A stretch of DNA of 64,000 bases from an uncultured Verrucomicrobiae bacterium. GTDB lineage: Bacteria > Verrucomicrobiota > Verrucomicrobiia > Chthoniobacterales > Chthoniobacteraceae. The notes beneath the pieces were generated by a model, which did no database searches, was not told the origin of the DNA, and saw only the letters and a list, made by a program, of their open reading frames with translations. Position numbers and translations under genes: made by a program. Below are positions 20,403 to 28,333 of this stretch, in pieces. How positions within the stretch are numbered: the first letter of the stretch is position 1; every line of letters starts with the position of its first letter. Location: contig CAVYKI010000006.1 of the NCBI GenBank assembly GCA_963769025.1, forward strand, positions 631,986 to 695,985, given 5' to 3'.

Positions 20403-21543
20403 ACGGCGGAAATTTGCGGGCGGGGCTCGGCGCAGACGGAGTGGGAACAGCCGGACGGGTGGTGAAAAGCCAAGGTCATCGTCCCGGTGGGGGCGCTCCG
20501 GGGTGTGCGGCGGGTGGTTTTCATGCGGTGCACAGGGTCACGAGACGCTTGAGGTTCCAGGCCACGCTCTTGAGCTGGAGTTCGAGGGTGCCTTTGCGCA
20601 GGCCGGTGTAGCGCATCCGCCGCCAGCCGAGTACGCGCTTCCAGTGGCCGAAGATTTTCTCGATGCCGGCGCGCGTGGCAGCCAGCCAGCCGTTGACCTC
20701 CTGCTGCTCGTCGGTGAGCGGGCGGTTGCGGCGCGCGGGCTCCATCAGCCCGCTGTGGATGCCTCGGGCGGCCAGCCATGCCTCGTGCTCGGCGCTGTAG
20801 TAGGCTTTGTCGGCGATGGCCATCTCGGTGTCCGCCGGGCACACGTCCTTGAATTTTCGGCTGTCATGCACATTAGCTGCCGTCAGTTCCGCGGTGCGGA
20901 TGAGCGTGTGCTCCTCGTCGGCGGCGACGTGTGCCTTGAACCCGTAATAGGCCCGGCCTCCCTTGGTCGCGTAGCCGGCCTCGGGGTCGCCCTGCGTGCC
21001 GTCGGCGCGCTCGGCATGGGTGGGCTTGCGCCGCGCACTCTCGACGATGGTCGCATCCACGAGCGTGACGCTTTTGACCATCAGCCCGCGCGCTTCGAGT
21101 TGGGCATTCACCAGTCCGAGCAGCCGCGTGTGCAGCCCCCTCGCCACCAGCCGTGCGCGATACCGAACAAGCGCCGTCTCGTCCGGCACGCGATCCGCCA
21201 GGCCCAGCCCGCAGAACTCCCGGAAGCTGCGCCGGTCGGCCACCTGCGCCTCGCACTCCGGGTCGCTCAAGTCATAGAAGTGCTGCAGCAGCGTCATCTT
21301 GAACATCACCAGCGGGTCGTGCGGGTCGCGCCCGCGCGTGGCCGTGTATGCCTCACGCAGCGCTGCCTCGATCGGCGTGAAGTCCACCACACTCTCCAGC
21401 TTGCCGAGGAATCTCGCCGTGCGGTTGCCCCGGTTCTCACGGTTGGCCATCTCATCCACGAAGTTCATCTGACGTTCGCTTTTGCTCATGCGTTCTTCGA
21501 TCCCTCTCCCTCACATGCCTTGGGGGATTTTCGCAGAGGTCTC
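20351..21543 (-). mobile_element. IS5-family insertion sequence (~1.19 kb)
   Basis: Perfect 16-bp terminal inverted repeats GAGACCTCTGCGAAAA (20351-66) / TTTTCGCAGAGGTCTC (21528-43) around a single DDE transposase. Confidence 0.93.
20521..21489 (-). CDS. IS5-family DDE transposase
   Basis: LLQHFYDLSD, VPDET, VDATIV, YYGFKAH, ANVHD, ADKAY and RAGIEKIFGHWKR. Confidence 0.95.
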   Translation of the reverse strand: MSKSERQMNFVDEMANRENRGNRTARFLGKLESVVDFTPIEAALREAYTATRGRDPHDPLVMFKMTLLQHFYDLSDPECEAQVADRRSFREFCGLGLADRVPDETALVRYRARLVARGLHTRLLGLVNAQLEARGLMVKSVTLVDATIVESARRKPTHAERADGTQGDPEAGYATKGGRAYYGFKAHVAADEEHTLIRTAELTAANVHDSRKFKDVCPADTEMAIADKAYYSAEHEAWLAARGIHSGLMEPARRNRPLTDEQQEVNGWLAATRAGIEKIFGHWKRVLGWRRMRYTGLRKGTLELQLKSVAWNLKRLVTLCTA

Positions 21544-21545
21544 AG

Positions 21546-21779
21546 AATGTTTGCAAATATAGGGTTTTGCGCGGCATGACGCAGGAGGAGCTCGCGGCGA
21601 AGGCGGAAATGGACCGGAGCTACCTCGCGCGGATCGAGTCCGGCAATGCGAAGGCGTCGGTGGACCTCATCGAGCGCCTCGCGATGGGGCTGGAGGTCGC
21701 CCCGGAGAAATTGCTTCACGGCTATGCCCGGAGCGCCGGGGCCTTGCGGTCGCGGAATGGGAGCCATCAGCCGGCGTGA
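21546..21779 (+). pseudogene. XRE/Cro-family HTH regulator, 5' end cut by the IS
   Basis: In-frame NVCKYRVLRGMTQEELAAKAEMDRSYLARIESGNAKASVDLIERLA begins directly at the IS right end. Confidence 0.75.
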
Positions 21780-21879
21780 TCCCCGGGCCATGCGTTTCAT
21801 AGTGTCAGCCAATGGGAACGGGACGGGCGGGAACGGGGGGATTCCTGCGCAGGACACGCTGCTCCCCGGTCTCATTAGG

Positions 21880-22425
21880 CAATCATTCCTGAGGGATGGG
21901 AGGGTCCGGGTCGCGGCCGGACAATCGTTCCCGGCAGACAACTCGCTCCGGGAGGCGGGCAGACAATCGTTTTCAAGGGACAACCCGCTCCGGCATCCCG
22001 AAACACAATCGTTTTCGGGGGACGACCGGCTCCGGCGGGTGAAAACACAATCGTTCCTGAGAGTCACCCGGCTCCGGTCTCTCAGGAATGATTGTGTTTT
22101 GGCACCCGCCGCTCTCAGTCCCGTCAAAACGCAATCAGTCCTGAGAGTCCCCACCCTGCCGGGTGAGAAAAGACAATCGTTATTGAGAGTCCCGAGCCGG
22201 TTGTCTGCCAATTTTGATTGTCGGGCGAGGCTCCGGAGCGAGGTGTCTGCCAATCCGGATTGTTTCCTGAGGTCCCGGAGCGGGGTGCCCCCCGAAAACG
22301 ATTGTGTCCTGACGTTCCCGGGTCTCCTGCCGGTCAAAAATGATTGTTTTGCGGCGTTCCCAAGCGGGTCGCCGGTCGGGACGGATTGGTTTCCCGCCTC
22401 CCGGAGCCTTCCGTCCCCCGGGAAG
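21880..22425. repeat. 13-unit degenerate array with exact 42-bp period and dyad-symmetric orientation
   Basis: CAATC at 21880, 21922, 21964, 22006, 22048, 22132, 22174; GATTG at 22090, 22216, 22258, 22300, 22342, 22384; secondary motif GCTCCGG/CCGGAGC. Confidence 0.92.
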
Positions 22426-22540
22426 CTTTGCGGATCGGGAGGGTCCAGTCTCAAGACGGCCAGGACCGAAAGCGGATGCGGCGAACGGGACTGTGGCATC
22501 GGCGCGCAGGCGCGTGGCGCAGTGAAGCGTGGCGGAGCCT

Positions 22541-22675
22541 TTGGACTGCGGCGGCTTGACGCCGCTTTCCGTTTCGAGGCTTGCCGAGAAGCCGGTGGTG
22601 CGGGGCTTCCCGATGGCCTCCCACGCTCGCCAAGGCTCGCCATACCCAAAGCGGCGTCAAGCCGCCGCACTCCAT
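22541..22675. repeat. REP doublet (REPIN-like) module 1
   Basis: GGACTGCGGCGGCTTGACGCCGCTTT ... AAAGCGGCGTCAAGCCGCCGCACTCC inverted pair; spacer motifs shared with modules at 24.5-24.9 kb. Confidence 0.8.
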
Positions 22676-22717
22676 GGGCTCCGCCCATCCTGCCGCGTGC
22701 CCGTTTTCCACTCCGTC

Positions 22718-23746
22718 ATGAGCCGCTGGGATGATCCGTCCACGACGTGGGACTCCTTTTTCTGGGATGCGCCGGATGCCCCGGTGCCGCCCCCGACCAA
22801 ACACAGGAAAACAAACCGACGAACCATGAGCAGCAACCCCACCCCGGACAACAACGACATCCTCCGCGCCCTGGCCGATCGCATCGCGGACGGGTGCAAT
22901 ACCCATGAAACGGCCATCGGCATCAAGCAGAACACGGAGGCGGCCATCCGCGCGGCGCTCGCGGTCCTCGATGCGGCGCAGTACCAGCTCGGCCAGAAGC
23001 GGGCCGCGGTGGATGCCGGCTACGGAGCCATGCAGGCGGCGGATGTGGCCGGACAGACGACAGTCACGAACTGCAAGCTGCGCCTCCGGCAGAAGCTCGG
23101 CGAACGCTGGAGCGCGGCATGGGAGCCGACCGGCTTCCCGCACCAGTCCACCGCCGTGCCCGGCACGCAGGACGAGCGGTTCACGCTGCTCAAGAAGCTG
23201 AACACCTACTTCACCAATGTGCCTGCGAACGAAAGCGCCGACATGGGAGCGACCGCCGCGCTGTGCCTGGCGGCGTGGGACGCCCTCTCGAATGCCCGGC
23301 AGTCGGTGGCGGACGCCGAGGCCGCTGAGACCGGCGCCGCGAGCGCCCATGCCGCCGCCGCGGAAGCCCTTCGGAAGCGGGTGCGCGGGCTCATCAATGA
23401 GCTGGGCGGCCTGATCGAGGACGACGACCCGCGCTACGAGGCGTTCGGCCTGAACATCCCGGCAAACCCGAGCGCGCCGGAGCCGGTGTCCGGCGTCACG
23501 CTGGCGCCGCTGGGCAACGGGCGCTTCTCGGCGAGCTGGCCCTACGCGACGCGGGCGGTGCGGTTCCGCGTGGAGACATTAGTCATGGGCACGGATACGG
23601 AATGGCAGAACAAGGGGAGCTTCCGGGACCTGGAGGCGATCCTGAAGAACTTCGCCGCGGGGCAGACCGTGAAGGTGCGGATCGTCGCCGGAAACGACGG
23701 CGGCGACGCCGCGCCGAGCCCGGAGGGGAGCGTCGTCGTCGCGTAA
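22718..23746 (+). CDS. Helical/coiled-coil protein with C-terminal fibronectin type III-like domain
   Basis: N-terminal WDDPSTTWDSFFWD, Ala-rich helices, then PSAPEPVSGVTLA...FSASW...FRVE...W...GQTVKVRIVAGNDGGDAAPS. Alternative start at 22826. Confidence 0.75.
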   Translation: MSRWDDPSTTWDSFFWDAPDAPVPPPTKHRKTNRRTMSSNPTPDNNDILRALADRIADGCNTHETAIGIKQNTEAAIRAALAVLDAAQYQLGQKRAAVDAGYGAMQAADVAGQTTVTNCKLRLRQKLGERWSAAWEPTGFPHQSTAVPGTQDERFTLLKKLNTYFTNVPANESADMGATAALCLAAWDALSNARQSVADAEAAETGAASAHAAAAEALRKRVRGLINELGGLIEDDDPRYEAFGLNIPANPSAPEPVSGVTLAPLGNGRFSASWPYATRAVRFRVETLVMGTDTEWQNKGSFRDLEAILKNFAAGQTVKVRIVAGNDGGDAAPSPEGSVVVA

Positions 23747-23769
23747 CGACGGGGGCGGGGCGGGGCGGG

Positions 23770-23929
23770 GTGAGAGTTGAGGGTTGAGGGTTGAGAGATG
23801 AGAGGCTGACTCGGCCGGCTAACAGTCCCCTTCCCTTTCAATAGCCTGCGTCCATCTCCGCATTGCATCAGTTCCCAGCTTCCGCCTCCTAACTTCCGCC
23901 TCTCCACTCTTAACCCTCAACTCTCAACT
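23770..23929. repeat. Inverted pair of heptamer tandem tracts (GTTGAGR / YCTCAAC)
   Basis: GTGAGA GTTGAGG GTTGAGG GTTGAGA GATGAGA at ~23770-23803; CTCTCCA CTCTTAA CCCTCAA CTCTCAA CT at ~23900-23929. Confidence 0.75.
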
Positions 23930-23934
23930 GAAGA

Positions 23935-24534
23935 ATGTTCGACCCTTCCCTCCCCGCCGATGCCACCAAGGCCACCGCCGCAGAGATGCGCGCGCAACTC
24001 ACCGGGCTGAAGGCGGAAATCGACGCCATCCCGGGCATCACCTCGGCGGTGGTGGATTCGGTGACGACGACCGGTCCCGGCGAGCCGGCGACGGTGAGCG
24101 TGTCCGTGATCGGGACGGTGTTGCATATTAGCCTTGCGCTGCCGCGCGGGGCGGATGGCGTCCCCGGCATGCAGGGCGAACAGGGGTTGCAAGGTCCGCC
24201 ATTTGCCAGTGCGGTCATCGACAGCGTCGGCACGCTGAATCCCGGGGAGAATGCGACGGTGTCGGTGTCCTTCGACGGGAGCACGGTGCATTTCAGCTTT
24301 GGCATCCCGCGCGGGGCGCAGGGGGAGCAGGGCATCCAGGGCGAGTCGGGCCAGGTGACGACCGAGGCGCTCAACGGGGCGATTTCCTCTGCTCTCGCGG
24401 GCACCTCGAACAACACGAACGGGGTCGCCGCCATGGACACGCCTTTCACCAACGACCCGCCGACCCTGGCCGACCTGGAGCTGATGCGGGCGAACTACAA
24501 CCTGCTGGTCGCGGCGCTGCGCCGGCAGGTGTAG
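23935..24534 (+). CDS. Collagen-like (Gly-X-Y) protein with duplicated beta-rich module
   Basis: Two copies of SAV(V/I)DSV.T..PGE.ATVSVS..G..(L/V)H.S...PRGA, each followed by GxY triplets. Confidence 0.75.
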   Translation: MFDPSLPADATKATAAEMRAQLTGLKAEIDAIPGITSAVVDSVTTTGPGEPATVSVSVIGTVLHISLALPRGADGVPGMQGEQGLQGPPFASAVIDSVGTLNPGENATVSVSFDGSTVHFSFGIPRGAQGEQGIQGESGQVTTEALNGAISSALAGTSNNTNGVAAMDTPFTNDPPTLADLELMRANYNLLVAALRRQV

Positions 24535-24537
24535 CCC

Positions 24538-24880
24538 CTGGACTGCGGCAGCTCGCTGCCGCTTTCGGCTTCGAGGCTTGCCGAGAAGGGGGTGGGGCGT
24601 GTGACCGGATGCCACCCCGCGCTCGCCAAGGCTCGCCGGCCACAAAGCGGAGGCGAGCCTCCGCAGTCCAGGGCTACGCGACACCTTTGAAGTTCGGGTC
24701 GTCGATTCCCTTCAGCTCGCTGCCGCTTTCGGCTTCGAGGCTTGCCGAGAAGGGGGTGGAGCGTGACCTTCGGCACGCTTCGCAGGGCAAGTCTTGCAAA
24801 CGGAAACCCGGCCCGGACACCGCACCACGCTCGCCAAGGCTCGCCGGCCACAAAGCGGAGGCGAGCCTCCGCAGTCCAGG
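24538..24880. repeat. Two tandem REP-doublet modules enclosing a duplicated DUF1552 gene 3' end
   Basis: GGACTGCGGCAGCTCGCTGCCGCTTTC and AAAGCGGAGGCGAGCCTCCGCAGTCCAG (the latter twice, 208 bp apart). Confidence 0.8.
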
Positions 24881-24881
24881 G

Positions 24882-26279
24882 CTACGCGACGCCTTTGAAC
24901 TTCGGGTCGTCGATGCCCTTCAGCTCGCCGGTGCTGTCGGCGAAGCGGTCCAGCGGGACGCCGGCGCGCAGCAGCATCGAGTGCCATAGGTTCGCGAGCG
25001 GCGTTTTCTTTTCGTGGATGACGTGGCGGCCCGTGGCGATGGTTCCGCCGCCGCGGCCGGCGAGGACGATGGGAAGATTCTTCGGGCTGTGCGCGTTGCC
25101 GTCCCGGATTCCCCCGCCGAGCACGATCATGCAGTGGTCGAGCAAAGTGCCGGAACCTTCGCGGATGCTCCGGAGCTTTTCGACGAAGTAGGCGTACTGC
25201 TCGACGTGCCACTGGTTGATCTGCTGGTAGTGCGCCAGCTTGTCGGGCTTGTTTTCGTGGTGCGAAGTCTCGTGGTGGCCGCCGAAGTTCGCCCCGAGGA
25301 AGGCGAAGCTGCGGCTGCTCACGGCGTTGCCAAACATGAACGTGGAGATGCGCGTCGTGTCGGTCCAGAAGGCGAGCGCCATGAGGTCGAGCATGAGCCG
25401 CGTGTGCTCGGTGTGGTTGCCCGCGCGCTCGCTGAGGCGCGCGGGATCGGAATAGGCGTCGATGCGCCGGCCGAGATCATCGACCGCCGCGCGCGCCGCG
25501 GGATCTTCGTCCGCGTGCTCACGCTGCCTTTTCGCATCCCACTCGATGCGGCGTTCGACGGCACGGACGCTCTCCAGGTATTCGTCGAGCTTCGCGCGGT
25601 CGTTCGAGCCGAGCTTTTGCTGGAGGCGCTTCGCATCGCCGGCGACGAGGTCGAGCACGCTGCGGTCGCGGGTCGCCGCGAGGTCGGCGGCTGCGCGGCC
25701 GGTGGCCGCCTGCGGACGGAAGATGCGGTCGAAGGCGAGCTTCGGGTTGATTTCCTTCGCGAGCGGCGTGGTCGGCTGGCTCCACGAGATGTGCGCGCCG
25801 TAGAGCTGCGTGTAGCCGACGTTCGTATCGACGCCGGTCGCGGGCGGCTCGATGCCGAGTTCCAGCGACGGCAGCCGGGTGAGGATGCCCACGCGCTTCG
25901 CGGCGACCTGATCCATCGAGATGCCGTTGCTGTTCAGCTCGTCGCCGGTCGTGTGCGTGATCGTCGTGCTGGTGAGGTAGCCGCCGGTCTTCACGTAATG
26001 GCCGTCGCCGGTGTCGCTCGCGGCGTTCCACAGTTCGCTGAGCACGAGGATGTCGTCTTTCACCCCCGCAAGCGGGGCGAGCGTGGGCGAAAGCTCGAAG
26101 TCCGATCCCGTGCCCTTCGGCGTCCACATGCCGGGATGGACTCCATTGGCCATGTAAAGCTGCGCCATCCGCACGGGGAAGCGGGTGCTGGCGGCGGGGA
26201 GCATGGCCTCGAGCACGGGAAGCGCGAGCGTGGCCCCGAGGCCCTTGAGCAATGTGCGGCGGCTGATGGCTGGGTTCAT
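24882..26279 (-). CDS. DUF1552 domain protein with Tat-like leader
   Basis: SRRTLLKGLGATLALPVLEAM, LYMANGV, SMDQVAA, PSLELG, HHETSHH and GNAHSPKNLP. Confidence 0.9.
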   Translation of the reverse strand: MNPAISRRTLLKGLGATLALPVLEAMLPAASTRFPVRMAQLYMANGVHPGMWTPKGTGSDFELSPTLAPLAGVKDDILVLSELWNAASDTGDGHYVKTGGYLTSTTITHTTGDELNSNGISMDQVAAKRVGILTRLPSLELGIEPPATGVDTNVGYTQLYGAHISWSQPTTPLAKEINPKLAFDRIFRPQAATGRAAADLAATRDRSVLDLVAGDAKRLQQKLGSNDRAKLDEYLESVRAVERRIEWDAKRQREHADEDPAARAAVDDLGRRIDAYSDPARLSERAGNHTEHTRLMLDLMALAFWTDTTRISTFMFGNAVSSRSFAFLGANFGGHHETSHHENKPDKLAHYQQINQWHVEQYAYFVEKLRSIREGSGTLLDHCMIVLGGGIRDGNAHSPKNLPIVLAGRGGGTIATGRHVIHEKKTPLANLWHSMLLRAGVPLDRFADSTGELKGIDDPKFKGVA

Positions 26280-28149
26280 GGAACGATTGCAGTGACCGAC
26301 ACCTCGGCGGGTTTGCGAAACTGGAACGGCCGGCTGCGCGCGATTTCGAGCACGAGGCGCTGCGTCCGGTATCCGTCCTTCGCGACGGCGCGCGCGATTT
26401 GCCGGATGGTCAGCCAGTCGGTCTGCTCGACGCCGCGGCCGAGCGCGTAGCTGAACATGCGCTCGGTGACGTTGCGCGTGAACTCATCCTTGCGATCGAG
26501 CAGCAGGCGCTTGAGTTCCGCCGGGCCGGTGAACTTGCTGCCATCGGGCAGCTCGCCGGAGGAGTCCACGGCGACATTCGCGACCGTCGTCCTCCAGGCG
26601 CCGATGGGATCGAAATTTTCCAGCCCGAAGCCGAGCTGATCCATCGTCTTGTGGCATGCGGCGCACTCGGCCCTGCTGCGGTGCACCTCGAGTTGCTGGC
26701 GCAAGGTGAGGCCGTTGCGCGCCTTGTCGGATGTCGGCAGCGCCTTGATCATCGGCGGAGGCGGAGGCGGAGGAGTGCCGAGGATTTCCTCCATCAGCCA
26801 CTTTCCGCGCAGCACCGGACTGCTCCGGCGCGGGTAGCTCGTGAGCGTGAGCACGCCGGCCATCGTGAGCACGCCGCCGCGATTCCGATCCGTGACCGGC
26901 ACCCGCTGGAAGCCTTCGCCCTCCACCTCGCCGAAGCCGTAGAATTTCGCGAGCTCCGCATTCGCGTAGGTGTAGTCGGCGTCGATGCACTCGGTGAGCG
27001 GGCGGTTCTCGCGCAGCAGCGCGTGGAAAAATGCGACCGGCTCGCCGGCCATCGCGTCGCGCAGCGCGGGAGTGAAGCCGGGGAACCTGTCCTGTCGCCG
27101 GCCGGACGCTCGTCTGCAGTTCCCTCGTCCGCAGCCACTGGCTGGCGAAATTCTCCGCAAAGGTGCGCGCCTTCGGGTCCGCGAGCATCCGGCCCACCTG
27201 CGCCTCGAGGGTCGCGGCGATCCGAAAGTTTGCCGTCCTGCGCGAGCGCGAACAGCGGCTCGTCGGGCATCGAGGACCACAGGAAGTAGCTCAGGCGCGA
27301 CGCGAGTTCCCAATCGCTGATCCGCTGCGGCTGGATGCCCGGGCGATCCTGCTCGGCGCGGAAAAGGAACGATGGCGAGACCAGGAGCACGCGCACGCAT
27401 TGCCGCATCGCGTCCTCCCACGAGGCGCCCTGCTTGCGCGATTCCTCGTGGAGTGCGAGCAGCGGGGCGAGTTCGTCGTCCGCCACCGGACGGCGGAAGG
27501 CCCGCGGCGCCAGCCATGCGAGATTTTCCCGCGCAGCGGAGTAATCGTCCTTCCCCGCGCCCGGCCGCACGTGAAAGAGGCGCTCGGGCTTCGCCGCCGT
27601 GACGATGTCCGTCGCCGCGGCGAGATATTTCTCCATCAGGATGGGCGGGACGAAGAGCGTCGCGGCGTTGTTGTCGAATCCGCCGCCGCCGCCGGCGTCG
27701 GGCGGAAAGCGGTCCGCGGGATGCGATTCCACGCCGAGCAGGTCGCGCACGGTGTTGTTGTATTCGAGCCGGCTGAGGCGGTGGATGAGCTTGCGGCCGA
27801 CATCGGACGGCACCAGGAGCGGGTCAGGATTGTCCAGCGTCGAGGAAAGCCACGCCGTGACCAGCGCGCGTTCCGCAGGCGTCGGCTGCGCCTTTTTGGC
27901 CGGCGGCATCGAGGCGTCGCGGACGGCATTGAGCGTCTTTTCCCAAGTCTTCGGCTCGCTCCAAAACGCGCCCTTCGCCGACAGAGCCTCCAGATTCACG
28001 CCACCCTTCGCCGTGTCGTCATGGCAGCCGAAGCAGTAGTTTTGCAAGACCGGCAAGACATCCTTCCCGAAGTCAGAGGCGACGACTCCCCTCTGTAAGG
28101 CGCTCACCCCGAGCGCCGCCACTGACAGGATGAGGGTTGCTCTCGTCAC
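26276..28149 (-). CDS. DUF1592/1588/1585 (PSD) planctomycete cytochrome c-type protein; two apparent frameshifts (~27220, ~27090)
   Basis: YCFGCH, RLSRLEYNNTVRDLLG, ELASRLSYFLWSSMPD, FAENFASQWL, SPVLRGKW and CAACH spread over three frames. Confidence 0.8.
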
Positions 28150-28333
28150 GGGCGGAATCTTTGGGACTCCATTTAAGCTTAAAGTATGCGACCCGCGGAA
28201 AAAGGGAAGCGGAAACTTTGACCCTCCCGTTCCATCCGGCCAAGGGACAGGCACTTCCGATTATGAATTTTCCATAAGAAAAAATCTGCGTGTCATTTCT
28301 GCGACGAACCTGAACCGGGCCGACGGCCGCAAC

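Noticed and set aside
21880..22425. CRISPR array
   Set aside because: No identical 23-47 bp repeat with unique spacers, units flip orientation, and there are no cas genes in the window.
21486..22734. 400-aa (-) and 362-aa (+) ORFs across the array as genuine genes
   Set aside because: They overlap the XRE gene, REPs and IS end, both strands give the same QSF/NDC pattern, and composition is Arg/Ser/Pro-rich; best explained as by-products of a 42-bp symmetric repeat (not fully excluded).
23935..24534. Prophage
   Set aside because: No terminase, capsid, portal or integrase genes nearby.
28150..28333. Riboswitch/ncRNA in the AT-richer gap upstream of the DUF1592 gene
   Set aside because: No recognisable aptamer motif; more likely a plain promoter region.
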